From the IMG/VR virus record IMGVR_UViG_3300024358_000010: a stretch of 64,000 bases of DNA, one strand, 5' to 3'. A program made the translations under genes and the position numbers. The first letter of the stretch is position 1; the number at the start of each line of letters is the position of its first letter. The DNA comes from a virus. Positions 10,781 through 20,732 of this stretch are shown in pieces. Under the pieces are notes generated by a model. It was not told the origin of the DNA. It worked only from the letters and a program-made list of their open reading frames with translations, and ran no database searches.

Positions 10781-11760
10781 CTCCTTAACGCGAGCGCTTT
10801 TCTAGTGGGTTTTCCGTTCTTATCTTTCATAGGTCCTTTTACACCAGACATCCTAGCACAAAACGAACGGCGACGCTTTGCCCGCTTGCCCGTTGGCTTA
10901 TCTTCAGTTACAGCTGTTTGCAACTTAGAGCCCGGATTTTTGCGACGATAAGCCTTCACACCAGCAGCAGTCATCCCGCCCTTTTTTGATTTATGCTTAG
11001 CCTTAAGACCTTTTTCTAGAACTTCGTCATATCCTTGAGACTGCAAATAAGCAACAACGGTTTTTTCAAGTATGTCAGAAACATCTTCACCAAAGATAAC
11101 GTCGATAGATCCGTCAGAGTACAGTTGTGCGTCGATGTTTGCGTTTGATTTTGTTAAATCAGGTTCTTTAACATACGCGCCACCGCCTGATATGTGGACA
11201 TCATACAATCTTTTGGCCTCGGCGCGCTGCGACGGGTTTTTTGAAAAATGAAGCTGATTTATGTATCCGGCCATAGTTGTGCGATCTTGGTGATTAGCCG
11301 GGATGACGGCCTTGTGACGAGCCATAATATTTTTAATATGATCCGGGTGGTCAGAAAGATCTTCCTTGCCAAAATGTTTTTTAGTTTCTTGTATTGCTAA
11401 TCTTTCTAACTCGGTTAATTTTTCAGGTTTAACTTTAACCTTAGGCCCCGCAAAGCGACTGAGCTCAGCTGCCACATCTTTAAGAGATCCAGCCATAGGG
11501 CGTGGACCGGTAGGTGTAGTATCTGGATTAAGGCGTTTCTTTGAGTTCTCATCTTTTTTAAGAGACTCTTGGCTCTGCGATTTTAAGCAATCATCGCACA
11601 ACCACTGTCTTGGACTTAATTCTTTTTGTTTGTTAGTGTTTCTGTCAAAAACAACGTTGCGAATAGGTGTAGCGGTAAGTTTAGATATTTTCTTCTTACA
11701 GCCCGGCCCAGAGCATTCAACCACGCTAGATTTAACTGCACCTTTGCGCAACGAATTCAT
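10768..11760 (-). CDS. Modular internal-head-like protein with a zinc finger and a C-terminal DUF6321-like basic module
   Basis: CSGPGC...CDDC; GGMTAAGVKAYRRKNPGSKL...RRSFCARMSG...LRRWKC. Start moved to ATG 11760, just after the upstream stop. Confidence 0.6.
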   Translation of the reverse strand: MNSLRKGAVKSSVVECSGPGCKKKISKLTATPIRNVVFDRNTNKQKELSPRQWLCDDCLKSQSQESLKKDENSKKRLNPDTTPTGPRPMAGSLKDVAAELSRFAGPKVKVKPEKLTELERLAIQETKKHFGKEDLSDHPDHIKNIMARHKAVIPANHQDRTTMAGYINQLHFSKNPSQRAEAKRLYDVHISGGGAYVKEPDLTKSNANIDAQLYSDGSIDVIFGEDVSDILEKTVVAYLQSQGYDEVLEKGLKAKHKSKKGGMTAAGVKAYRRKNPGSKLQTAVTEDKPTGKRAKRRRSFCARMSGVKGPMKDKNGKPTRKALALRRWKC

Positions 11761-11761
11761 C

Positions 11762-12082
11762 TTATTTACCTTTCGCTTTTTTGCCCTGAATATAATGCGC
11801 AACGCCGGAAAGATTCTGCGCCGCCTCGGTGACCTGCGCCTTTAGCCAGTCAGGGGAGTCTTCGGAGGCTTTCATATGCTCCCTGATTTCTTGGACGTGG
11901 TGGACAATCTGTTCAAGATCAGAGAACATCATTTCTGACCCTTCTTCTTTGGCCATCTCGTTAACGCCTTCTCCACCTTTAATTGGGTTGGATGGCGATG
12001 GGACGATGGAAACATCTTCTTTAGACATTTCGTTTTTAACTAGCGACCATTGACCATTTTGGGATTTAATTAGCTTTTCCAT
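11762..12082 (-). CDS. Small internal-head-like protein with NGQW motif
   Basis: MEKLIKSQNGQWSLVK; helical module ...SPDWLKAQVTEAAQNLSGVAHY. Confidence 0.6.
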   Translation of the reverse strand: MEKLIKSQNGQWSLVKNEMSKEDVSIVPSPSNPIKGGEGVNEMAKEEGSEMMFSDLEQIVHHVQEIREHMKASEDSPDWLKAQVTEAAQNLSGVAHYIQGKKAKGK

Positions 12083-12938
12083 CGATTTTGCCCTTATTCT
12101 TTAGATGTTCTAGTTTGGTCTTAAGCTCTTCCTCGAGATGCTTGATCCGGAGATCCTTCTCCTTCTTGGCGTGCTCATATTCTAGATCGGCCATACGCTT
12201 AGCGTGATCGGTTTGAATATCAGTCTGATCTTTTATGCGATCCATGTGATGGTCGTGCTTTTCCTGTTGGCGCTGTTGCTCGAGATCCATAGCTCGAGCT
12301 TCGTGGTCGCCACCGCCAGGCGTGTGACCGTGAACGATATAAGCTATTTCAGAGTCAGAGTACCCCTCTTGACGAAGAAGGTCGATTAACTTCTCCTCGT
12401 CGTACTCGTCTGTATCTTGGCTGGGCGCGCCTTGCTCAGGCGCAGCCTCTTGAGCGTCAGCATCAGGACCCTGATCTCCCTGGAGAGATGAAATATCCAC
12501 TGCGTCTGATTGGTCCTCGGCATCTGGGTCCTCTATGGGTTGCTGTGCGCTTTGATCTACCTCTTGACTGCCAGCAGTTTGAGCTGTATCAGCGTCATCA
12601 GGAACCTGACCTCCAGCTGACGCTCCTTGATCGTCTTCATTTTGTTCTCGCATCGGCATGAAGGCCATCTCGTGGCTGATCTGCGCCTTAAGTAGTTCCC
12701 ACCTTTCGATGAGCGATTTTTTGAGCGGTTTGCGTAACGGTTCTTTGCCTGGGCCGCGGGTGATCGAGCCATCAGGGTTGGTGATCTCATGAGTATCTTC
12801 TTTGGAGAAGTCGAGGTCGTCGATCTCGCGGTGGTAAACCTTACCGTCTACGCCGTCGAGCTGGTAAGTAAAGCCATCTTCGCACTTCTCGATGCCCTTG
12901 ATGTCTCGCCATTTGTTTTTATGTAGCGCTTTTGGCAT
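12066..12938 (-). CDS. Acidic/coiled-coil hypothetical head-associated protein
   Basis: 290-aa ORF with low-complexity acidic middle and a His-rich coiled-coil end. Confidence 0.55.
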   Translation of the reverse strand: MPKALHKNKWRDIKGIEKCEDGFTYQLDGVDGKVYHREIDDLDFSKEDTHEITNPDGSITRGPGKEPLRKPLKKSLIERWELLKAQISHEMAFMPMREQNEDDQGASAGGQVPDDADTAQTAGSQEVDQSAQQPIEDPDAEDQSDAVDISSLQGDQGPDADAQEAAPEQGAPSQDTDEYDEEKLIDLLRQEGYSDSEIAYIVHGHTPGGGDHEARAMDLEQQRQQEKHDHHMDRIKDQTDIQTDHAKRMADLEYEHAKKEKDLRIKHLEEELKTKLEHLKNKGKIDGKAN

Positions 12939-12960
12939 TGGTTTACCTTAAGTATTTCTA

Positions 12961-13791
12961 TTAGAAAAAGTCGATCAACAGCTTCTTTTGATAGTAATTG
13001 CGAGCAGCATCTAGTTCTTGTTGTACCTGCTCTTTTAGGTCAGCGATACGACCAGTAAGGAACTGGATACCAGGTGTACCTACACTTTGCGAAGTTCCGT
13101 CGAGTCCGATGCCGATTGAGCTGTATGGAAAAATTAGGTGACCTAAAGCACTGAGCGCCATTAGCGCGGCCATCTTCTCTATCAAGCCAGAAACCATGGC
13201 GGGGACTTTGTCTGGCTCAAAGCCGGCGCGGTATTTAACTAAAACTGCACCCGGAAAATTAAATACGCCCATAGCCATAAGCGCCATGAATTGCGCGCCG
13301 GCGAACGATGACAATACAAAACCAGATGTAGCTGTCCCCAGGACCGGCACTAGACGTATCGCACCCTCTTGACCGTTGACATACACAAATTCTAGCGGAA
13401 ACTCGACCAGCGGCGGTAGCGGAGTTCCATTACCAAAACTTAACTGCACGGATTGACAATTCAGTATGGGTGAGTTGTTAAGTTTAATCCAAGCGTACTG
13501 CTGAGTCCAGATCTCGCGATCATAGTCGTGACGCTCTTCAAATGCCACGGGCGTAATAAAAATGTTGAGCTCGTGCTCTAATCTAGAAATAGCCTTAGTG
13601 ATATAGTCATTAAGCGTGGTGTCGGAGATGGTCTGACCAGTAAGCGCAGACTTCAAAGGGATCCCAAACAAACTTGTCTCTTTTAAGGTTTGCGCAGTCG
13701 GCAGGGGGAGATATCTTGTTACCGACGGCTGTTCCTGCTCACTGTTCATGAACGGGAAGGGCGGATTTAATGGTGAGTTAGATATTCCCAT
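12961..13791 (-). CDS. Putative head-completion / neck (head-tail connector) protein
   Basis: LFGIPL...DYITKAISRLEHELNIFI, VKYRAGF and SIGLDGTSQS are features of connector proteins; lies downstream of the capsid gene. Confidence 0.6.
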   Translation of the reverse strand: MGISNSPLNPPFPFMNSEQEQPSVTRYLPLPTAQTLKETSLFGIPLKSALTGQTISDTTLNDYITKAISRLEHELNIFITPVAFEERHDYDREIWTQQYAWIKLNNSPILNCQSVQLSFGNGTPLPPLVEFPLEFVYVNGQEGAIRLVPVLGTATSGFVLSSFAGAQFMALMAMGVFNFPGAVLVKYRAGFEPDKVPAMVSGLIEKMAALMALSALGHLIFPYSSIGIGLDGTSQSVGTPGIQFLTGRIADLKEQVQQELDAARNYYQKKLLIDFF

Positions 13792-13794
13792 CAC

Positions 13795-15303
13795 TTAGTC
13801 TTTCTTTGTTTGGAGCGACATCTTAGCCGCATCAATGCGCTGCATGCGTTCGTGCTGATCTGGTTTTGCCGCGCGACGAATTACAACTTTTGGTTTTTCT
13901 GGCGCAGGTGCGGGCGCTGCACCGGTTTCAGCCGGTGTCTGCGGCGCAGAAGCTTGAGTTTGAGGTTTTAATTTTGCCTGAGAAGCCTGAACCTCAGGTT
14001 TAAGTACTGATTCAATGTATTTGCCATGTCTCTGTTGAAATAGTGAATATGGATCCCACTCTTCAGAAACGCCAGAACCCTTTTCGTCGTCGTCTTCTTT
14101 AGACTTATATCCCATATGTTGAGCAGCAACCGCTGCAGAACCGGCAAAAGAAGGTTCATCTTCTTTTATTCCCTGTTTCTCGGATTCTTTGATCTGAGAT
14201 TCGCTTTGCTGTATTCCTTCGACTGGTTCTTCGATACCTTCTGATTGCCCTAAGCCTTCAGATTGTGCCTGAGGAGTTTCGCGGACAAAACCTAAAGCTA
14301 GTCTTTGCTTCTCTTCTTTTAGACGCTGCTTTCTTGCTTCGCGACTTTCTTGAAACACCTGACCAGCTTTAGCGGATCCTAGAATTTCTTTGTTTCGATC
14401 TGCGTTCTGTCGGTGCCAGTTTTTCTTCCATTCTGAAATTCGTTTAAGCTTATCTTCGGGGCTCGCATTCTTGAGCTCATCAGAGCCTAAAAAGTTTTCA
14501 TATGCCTTGTTATAATCTGAATAAACTTGACTATGTGCCTGCTGTCGTTTGTGTTGCGCATACAGTTCAGGATTTTCCTCGGGAACGAGCGATTCTGCTT
14601 CTCTAGCCTTTTGCGCTTCAAGCAGTTGAGCTGCCATTGGACGCAATCTTTCTAAGATTTTTGGCGATAATTCTGTTGGGTTTATTTGCGACCTTAAGGC
14701 GTGCTCGTATGTCTCTGCCTCGCCTCGTCCGCGCTTATTAGATCCAACCTTTTTAATCGAGACCATGTGTGCTGCTTCGCGGGGATGGTATCCCGCTTGG
14801 ATAAGCTTTTGCATCTGCTCAAGCTCTTGCGGGGTGTGATCCGGGTGCTGGGCCCAATCCCTACGATAACTTTTCTTTACGTCATCTGCTTTAGACAGAT
14901 CTTCTATTAATTCTGACTTTAAAGCGCTCAATGCAATTTGAAGACTTTGCAAGTATTCAGCTTTAACTAAGTGCATGCCAGCGCGTTTGGTTTTAACTGA
15001 TTGTATGTCTTTGATCTTTTGTTTCTGCTCTGGTGACAGCAGTCGATCTTTGTTAGATTGCCACCAGGCATGTAGAGCTTCGTGAGCTTCTTGCGGAATG
15101 GTGGTCTTTTTCCCCTGGGCAGCTAATGCACGCTCTACTAAAATATTTTGATGATCTTGATCAGCTTTAGACATCCCGCCCATCTGCTTGAAGATGTGCA
15201 TTATTAAAGGCCAACGCTTAGATTTGCCTTGCTCTGCGGCAATCTCTTTGGCCTTTTCCCACTTCTTCTCTTGTGATGGTGTTTCTATGACGCCTTTTGG
15301 CAT
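13795..15303 (-). CDS. Modular internal-head-like protein, 502 aa
   Basis: N-terminal EKKWEKAKEIA...IMHIFKQM module; MSKA, LVKA and LSKA junctions; Pro/Ala-rich tail. Confidence 0.55.
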   Translation of the reverse strand: MPKGVIETPSQEKKWEKAKEIAAEQGKSKRWPLIMHIFKQMGGMSKADQDHQNILVERALAAQGKKTTIPQEAHEALHAWWQSNKDRLLSPEQKQKIKDIQSVKTKRAGMHLVKAEYLQSLQIALSALKSELIEDLSKADDVKKSYRRDWAQHPDHTPQELEQMQKLIQAGYHPREAAHMVSIKKVGSNKRGRGEAETYEHALRSQINPTELSPKILERLRPMAAQLLEAQKAREAESLVPEENPELYAQHKRQQAHSQVYSDYNKAYENFLGSDELKNASPEDKLKRISEWKKNWHRQNADRNKEILGSAKAGQVFQESREARKQRLKEEKQRLALGFVRETPQAQSEGLGQSEGIEEPVEGIQQSESQIKESEKQGIKEDEPSFAGSAAVAAQHMGYKSKEDDDEKGSGVSEEWDPYSLFQQRHGKYIESVLKPEVQASQAKLKPQTQASAPQTPAETGAAPAPAPEKPKVVIRRAAKPDQHERMQRIDAAKMSLQTKKD

Positions 15304-15312
15304 AAGTAAATC

Positions 15313-16515
15313 CTACGATTTTTTTCCTGGCAATAAATCCCAAAGAGCTTGCACATCAGGGGAGCGGGTATATTCTTCTTTTTTAGCCGGCGCAGCAGGT
15401 GTCGCTGACGGAGCGGTAGGCGCTGAAGCAGACGTGCCGTATTTTAATATCTGCTGAGCAGAGCGCATAGGATCGGCGCTCTTGCCAGAAGATTTTTTAG
15501 ACCCTTTGGATTCGTACCATGGATCAACTTTTTTAGATGTAGGGTGGACTGGTTCTCCAACTTGCTGACCACGCGATTCGTGCGCCCCTGATTCTCGCAG
15601 TGAGTTTTGATGAGCAGTGTGAGCAGCAAAATGAGGTGTATCGTAGAAATCCTCGTGATCAATCATGTACTGCATTGCCCGATCGCTACCGTCTGGTATT
15701 TCGCTTTGCTTAAGGTCGCTTAGCTTCATGATTGGATGGTTGTCGAATGCGTGAGATTTGTTTCCGTCAAATAAGTTTTCAACTGGGTCAATAGATATAT
15801 GCTTGCCATTGATTGCGACATGCTCCATTGGATATGCGCCAACGTGACCGTGGGTGCTTACTTCTGCCATTTCTGATTCATGGGGATCGTTCTGTAGGAA
15901 CGACCAATCGTTACCTGCAGGTTCAAATCTAAAAGCACCCTTAGTGTCGTTTATGTATGCGTTTGGCGTTAAAAGACCTTGGTGCATCTTTCCCTTTCCC
16001 TTGCCGCCGGGCAGATGCCAAGTGTTAACTTTTTCCGCATATGCAGGGTCTCTAGCTATTCGCTGGGCGAACGTTTCTAAATTTCTTGGATGTCCTCTTT
16101 CCCACGGTTTTATGTCAACTCGATCAATCTGCAGCGCACCGCCGGTGTGTGGTTCTGCTTGAACACCGAATCTAAGTATCTTAAAAAAATTACCGGCATG
16201 CTCATTGGCTAGCTTTTTATTACCGGTTGCCAAAGCGGCTTTATAGCGCGATGCATGGTGGCTTAAAGCTTCGCGAATCATGTCTGGAAGACGACTGGAT
16301 GTGGCAGGATCTTTGGTGTCGTTTTTGATCTCGTTGGCAAAATGCTTGATTGCGGCATTGGCAGCGCCACCTGAAGCTTTATTTTCCGCCATCTTGCGCA
16401 AAGATTCTATGACCTGATTAGTCAACACCTCGTCTGCGATAACTTGAATAATAGTTCTTAACGACTCATCTTCAGTCTTGCGGAGAAGAAGCTCTTTTAG
16501 AGAAGATAAGCTCAT
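15313..16515 (-). CDS. Hypothetical head-associated protein, 400 aa
   Basis: Long His-rich ORF in the head cluster with an N-terminal amphipathic helix. Confidence 0.55.
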   Translation of the reverse strand: MSLSSLKELLLRKTEDESLRTIIQVIADEVLTNQVIESLRKMAENKASGGAANAAIKHFANEIKNDTKDPATSSRLPDMIREALSHHASRYKAALATGNKKLANEHAGNFFKILRFGVQAEPHTGGALQIDRVDIKPWERGHPRNLETFAQRIARDPAYAEKVNTWHLPGGKGKGKMHQGLLTPNAYINDTKGAFRFEPAGNDWSFLQNDPHESEMAEVSTHGHVGAYPMEHVAINGKHISIDPVENLFDGNKSHAFDNHPIMKLSDLKQSEIPDGSDRAMQYMIDHEDFYDTPHFAAHTAHQNSLRESGAHESRGQQVGEPVHPTSKKVDPWYESKGSKKSSGKSADPMRSAQQILKYGTSASAPTAPSATPAAPAKKEEYTRSPDVQALWDLLPGKKS

Positions 16516-16516
16516 G

Positions 16517-16822
16517 TTAGTCCCTGTCTACTTCTAGACCGATCTGCACGTACGCCGCACCTGAAACAACGAGCGTTACTGTGTCTTTTTTGTCAGAGTT
16601 TGTTCCGCGACCAGCATTGAGATAAAAAATCTCACCCGCAGTAAGCCCTGCCGCAAGTACACCATCTAGAACTACGTTTCCAGCGGCTGTAGCTCGGACT
16701 CGAATTGCGCAGTACTTTGGCACTTCCCAGGTTCCTGAAAAACCAGAACTTATCTCACGCCACACTAGACCGACATCCGCAACTCGGCTGGCACCTGTGG
16801 GTAAATTGATGGCTCTTGACAT
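16517..16822 (-). CDS. Small beta-rich virion (possibly decoration) protein
   Basis: 101 aa, AGGAG RBS, TGGTATAAT element upstream. Confidence 0.55.
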   Translation of the reverse strand: MSRAINLPTGASRVADVGLVWREISSGFSGTWEVPKYCAIRVRATAAGNVVLDGVLAAGLTAGEIFYLNAGRGTNSDKKDTVTLVVSGAAYVQIGLEVDRD

Positions 16823-16848
16823 GCAGTCTCTCCTCGTTAAGCTGAAGT

Positions 16849-16858
16849 AATTATACCA
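16849..16858 (-). promoter_or_regulatory. -10-like element TGGTATAAT
   Basis: About 30 nt upstream of ATG 16822; one of many GTATAA elements in intergenic positions. Confidence 0.5.
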
Positions 16859-16860
16859 GC

Positions 16861-16883
16861 TTCCGAGGTTGACAACTTCGGAA
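16861..16883. terminator. Intergenic hairpin
   Basis: ttccgaggttg-a-caacttcggaa immediately after the 16885 stop; no clear U-tract. Confidence 0.35.
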
Positions 16884-16884
16884 A

Positions 16885-17508
16885 TCAGATCTTATTTCTA
16901 AGTACCGCTTTAAGCTTAAGATCTTGTAATTGTTTAGTAATTTTAACATCGCACTTAAGATCGTTGTCGGTCAACCAATCCGGATTGGCCGACACATACG
17001 CGTGTACTTCGTCAACGTGTACAGATTGGTGATAACCCATATCGGCCACCTCGAGGAAGAGGTGCGCGAGCTTGTCTAGGTTGTCACTGATTATCTTCTG
17101 CGCGGCGGCGCGGTACTCAGGATCCACGTAGAACAGCGCGTGGCAGATCTCGTGCTCTAGAGCGTCTGAACCCTCGTTGGCGCCGATTACGTAGAACGGC
17201 TGGGGCTCGTCCACGAACGCAGCGATCAGTGCTTTCTCCCTATCAGACAGCGGATCAAAGTTACCGCGTTTAAACGGATCAAACATCGACGACGGGATAT
17301 TGAAGCCAGACCAGTCATCGACGTACGAGAACGATCCGTTCTCGGCAGCGTACCATGCTTTAAACTCATCTAATGAGAATGCTTGGCCACGAAATCTCGG
17401 CGATTCGTAGCACTCTTGAAAGCGCAAAAACGAAAGGGCCAGATCTTCCTGGGTATCGAAAGACACGAGCCACACGTTCTTGAGTATTTGAGTCTTCTTC
17501 ATGATCAC
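16885..17508 (-). CDS. HExxH-motif protein (putative zinc metallopeptidase-like)
   Basis: ALEHEICHALFY followed by VDEVHAY. Confidence 0.5.
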   Translation of the reverse strand: MIMKKTQILKNVWLVSFDTQEDLALSFLRFQECYESPRFRGQAFSLDEFKAWYAAENGSFSYVDDWSGFNIPSSMFDPFKRGNFDPLSDREKALIAAFVDEPQPFYVIGANEGSDALEHEICHALFYVDPEYRAAAQKIISDNLDKLAHLFLEVADMGYHQSVHVDEVHAYVSANPDWLTDNDLKCDVKITKQLQDLKLKAVLRNKI

Positions 17509-17879
17509 TCAGGATCTGAGGCGGAGAAATCTAAAGCAGAGATGTTTGGCAGCAAACTAGCCAACGTCTCCCTGGTCAGGGTTAGAGTTCCACCGTCGAA
17601 GTCAACCAGAACTAGCATATCTAAAGAATATACAGATCTCGCACGCAAACTGAGCGAAAGCGATGCTTCCGGTGCCGCCGGCGAATAGTCGAACGTTAGA
17701 ATCTTTCTCTGATTGCCCTCGTCAGAGGAGTAATGTGCGACGACTCTGCTGATGTTGGCGTCAACGGTCCAGTAAAGATCCGTGGCCACTGGCGCAAGCG
17801 CAGATAAGGCAGATTTATCCAGAGTCAATGTTGTTGGCGTACCTTTTACTACAGATCCAGAGAAGTTTAGTAAAGCCAT
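17505..17879 (-). CDS. Small beta-rich hypothetical (possibly virion) protein
   Basis: GAGG RBS before ATG 17879; GTATAA element in the upstream stop codon. Confidence 0.55.
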   Translation of the reverse strand: MALLNFSGSVVKGTPTTLTLDKSALSALAPVATDLYWTVDANISRVVAHYSSDEGNQRKILTFDYSPAAPEASLSLSLRARSVYSLDMLVLVDFDGGTLTLTRETLASLLPNISALDFSASDPE

Positions 17880-17908
17880 GGTGGTCCTCGAATATATGGG
17901 CAATATTG

Positions 17909-19102
17909 TTATACTTTGGGGTAGAGAGAACGTAGATAGTTTAAAACCTCAGCTGATGTTCCAGAAAAATGAGATTTGGCGACCGTAGATCTGTGGCGCT
18001 TTACGGCCTTCGCTATCTCGTCGCGGTCTGGGACCCCGCCGCGACTCGCTATTCTCTCGCAGATCGTGTCTAACGATTCATCTATCGCGATAAGTTCGCA
18101 TGGCCAAACTTGGCTGTATCTAGAGAATATAGTCGACGCCTTTCTAAATGGATCATAAAGTACTGGTTTGTCTGGGCATTGACTCGCGAGCTGCATTACC
18201 TTCAGGAGGTGCTGTTCCTTGGGCACCTTGTCAAAGGACACGTAGGAATAATGGTCTGAGAGCTGATTGCAGACCCATGATTTTCCGCTGCCAGAAGGCC
18301 CGCACACGATAATCAACCTGACTGGTGCGCTGTAGTTCGCGCGCATCCTTGCTATCCATTCATCGAACTGCGCCTCGGTGTTTTCGCGTCGACCGTACTC
18401 GTCATGAAACTCTTTATGATGTGCGTGGCATAGCGTGACGCCATTGCTTACGTCAAATCTACGCTCGACGCACCAGTGGAAGCCGTCTTTATGATGAACG
18501 GTTAAGTTGCTTTTACGCTTAACTATGCAGGCGGGCGCTGTGCACCTATTTTTATCGCGCTGTAAAACAGCGATCTCAAAAGCTTTATATTCTGGTGAGC
18601 TTCGTTCTTTGCGCTGCCCCTCAACAGCCCATCCATCAAAATCTTCAACCTCAATACTACGAACAGTGCACGAAGCCTTTATCGCTCTTCGTAAAACTTC
18701 TTCTTTGGGGGCATTCTGATACCAGACCTTAGTCGCTTGAGATAGTTTTCGTTTGGCGGATTTAGTGTGCTTCCGACCTTTAAAGGGAGACTCCATCCCT
18801 TGTTTAGACCAGTGACTTTCACTCATCTTCCTTTTAGATTCTTCTGAGACAAACTTACTTTGGTTTCGCTTTGCCTTGATCATTTCTGGTCGGTTGTGGT
18901 GACACTTATAGCACAGCGCGTTTTTGCGCGACGCGCGCAATGTGATTACTCGCTCGACGCCGCAGGATGGGCAATTATCGATCACCTTTAGTTTCTTCTT
19001 GGAGATTTTGTTGGCGGATGCAAACTCAGCGTTCGTGCGGCGGCGGACTGACGGATCGATGTCGTATCCGAATACTTCTTTTGTACGTTCACGATTTAGC
19101 AT
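17909..19102 (-). CDS. HNH endonuclease (NUMOD3-like) fused to a C-terminal P-loop kinase domain
   Basis: FKGRKHTKSAKRKLS; RDKNRC...VHHKDG...NGVTLCHAHHKEFH; IIVCGPSGSGKS. Confidence 0.75.
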   Translation of the reverse strand: MLNRERTKEVFGYDIDPSVRRRTNAEFASANKISKKKLKVIDNCPSCGVERVITLRASRKNALCYKCHHNRPEMIKAKRNQSKFVSEESKRKMSESHWSKQGMESPFKGRKHTKSAKRKLSQATKVWYQNAPKEEVLRRAIKASCTVRSIEVEDFDGWAVEGQRKERSSPEYKAFEIAVLQRDKNRCTAPACIVKRKSNLTVHHKDGFHWCVERRFDVSNGVTLCHAHHKEFHDEYGRRENTEAQFDEWIARMRANYSAPVRLIIVCGPSGSGKSWVCNQLSDHYSYVSFDKVPKEQHLLKVMQLASQCPDKPVLYDPFRKASTIFSRYSQVWPCELIAIDESLDTICERIASRGGVPDRDEIAKAVKRHRSTVAKSHFSGTSAEVLNYLRSLYPKV

Positions 19103-19200
19103 ATAAAGAACCCTCTTTGTCTATTATACACGAAGAGCGGTCAGTATATTGTTAAAGTTGAAATCTTTACATAAGGTGCGTTGTTTGTGTAATGATAGAC

Positions 19201-19229
19201 AAAAAGGGCACCCTATAACGGGTGCCCTC
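19201..19229 (-). terminator. Rho-independent terminator after the major capsid gene
   Basis: agggcaccc-gttata-gggtgccct followed by a T-tract on the minus strand. Confidence 0.8.
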
Positions 19230-19259
19230 AGTATCACTTTAATCAGTGATCTTAATAAC

Positions 19260-20714
19260 TTACTTGCCAGCGTTCTTCATAACACCTTGGAAGCGAGGTG
19301 CGTAAACAAATAGCGCTCCGTACATGAGCAAAAGGAACTCTAAAGCCGTAGTCACGACGGCCAGGTTCATTTTTGCGAGAGGGGCAAGTTGCTTGAACTT
19401 CATCGACTCAGAGCTGAGGTCCAGCAAGAAAGCTTCGCCAAGTCCTGGGCGCTTCTTACCGGCGTCGACGATCGCGGAGATCCCGAGGCGGTAGTTGCCG
19501 ATGAACTGAGCGGTCGTAGCTGCTCCACCGTTGGTGGTACGGTACAGCTTGAAGTACTTCACGCTGGAGGGGACGGCGCCCGTGATCGCGATGGTGACGC
19601 TTTGGCCAGCGGTGGCGGTAACAGCGGAAGTGGTGAGAACTGGGGCAGACTCACCAAAGTCATTGCACAGCGTCAAGGCGTAGTGGTACGTACCGGCGGC
19701 GAGGTCGGAGCCTGCGCCAGCGGCAGTTCCAGCGATGCTGAGACCAGCAACGCCAGGAGCATTGGCGTTCACGGCAGAGGCGCGAACCTGCTGACGAGGA
19801 CGGAGGAAGAGGTTTGGCTTGAGGTCGATCGCGCCAGCGGTCGTGGTCACTTTCGACACGTCGTAGCCGACAGTTTGACCGCTGAGACCTGGCTCAGAGC
19901 GGAACTGAGGATAGAACTGACGAACGAAAGCGGAGATCACGATTGGCTCAGCGTGGAACTGAGTAGGCGAACCGAAGTTCTCAAGAGCTTTAACAGCGAG
20001 GGTCTCGATGTCGTCTTGAGCGAGGGTTGCACCGGCGAGGTCAAGAACGATCGAGGAGGACTCAGCGCCCCAACCTTGGAAGTCCTTGGAGATGAATTGG
20101 CTGTCGGTGTCACCTTTGAGGATCTGCTGGAGCAGACCAGACATCGCGATGGTGTTGACCGGAAGGTCAGCAGTCGCGCCGGTTTGTGCACCGGTGGCGT
20201 CGGTGAAGTGCGCGTTACCCCAGTAGAGTTCGCGCTCGACGTTTTTCAGAAGGTCCATAGTTCCTTCTTTTGCTTGCTGAGCAACGACGTCGCCCACAGA
20301 GGTGCGGACGAGGGTCATCTGGTGGCTCACCTTACGACGCTTACTGAAGAAGGCGATCCTTTGACCGTCACGTACGTACGTGGAGTCTTCTTCTTGGCCA
20401 GCGCCACCTTCACCGATGTAAGGCGAAGCGTCAGAGCCGTAACCGACGAGACGGTTGTACTGCTCAAACAGGTTGTAGGCTTTGTCGATGCTGAGGGCAG
20501 GCCACAGCTTCAGGTTTTTCATATCGAAGGTCACGACTTTAAGGGTCGATTCCAGCGATTCCGTTTGGATCACGCCACCGTAGGTGAGGTCGGTCGGGCG
20601 ACCAGCGTAGCCGTAGCCAGCGCTGAGAGCCTTGTTGAGGTTTTCGACTTCAGCCTGGGAGACGAGACCTTGCTCCAGACCTTGCATGATTTGATTAAGT
20701 GCGTCTTGATACAT
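19260..20714 (-). CDS. Major capsid protein, SPO1/Twort (Herelleviridae)-like type
   Basis: K-ALSAGYG...GGVIQTESLE...EQYNRLVGYG...ERELYWGN; C-terminal Ig-like insert; LAPLAKMNLA...MYGALFVYAP; strong codon bias and a terminator. Confidence 0.85.
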   Translation of the reverse strand: MYQDALNQIMQGLEQGLVSQAEVENLNKALSAGYGYAGRPTDLTYGGVIQTESLESTLKVVTFDMKNLKLWPALSIDKAYNLFEQYNRLVGYGSDASPYIGEGGAGQEEDSTYVRDGQRIAFFSKRRKVSHQMTLVRTSVGDVVAQQAKEGTMDLLKNVERELYWGNAHFTDATGAQTGATADLPVNTIAMSGLLQQILKGDTDSQFISKDFQGWGAESSSIVLDLAGATLAQDDIETLAVKALENFGSPTQFHAEPIVISAFVRQFYPQFRSEPGLSGQTVGYDVSKVTTTAGAIDLKPNLFLRPRQQVRASAVNANAPGVAGLSIAGTAAGAGSDLAAGTYHYALTLCNDFGESAPVLTTSAVTATAGQSVTIAITGAVPSSVKYFKLYRTTNGGAATTAQFIGNYRLGISAIVDAGKKRPGLGEAFLLDLSSESMKFKQLAPLAKMNLAVVTTALEFLLLMYGALFVYAPRFQGVMKNAGK

Positions 20715-20732
20715 ATTCTCTTATCTCCCTTA

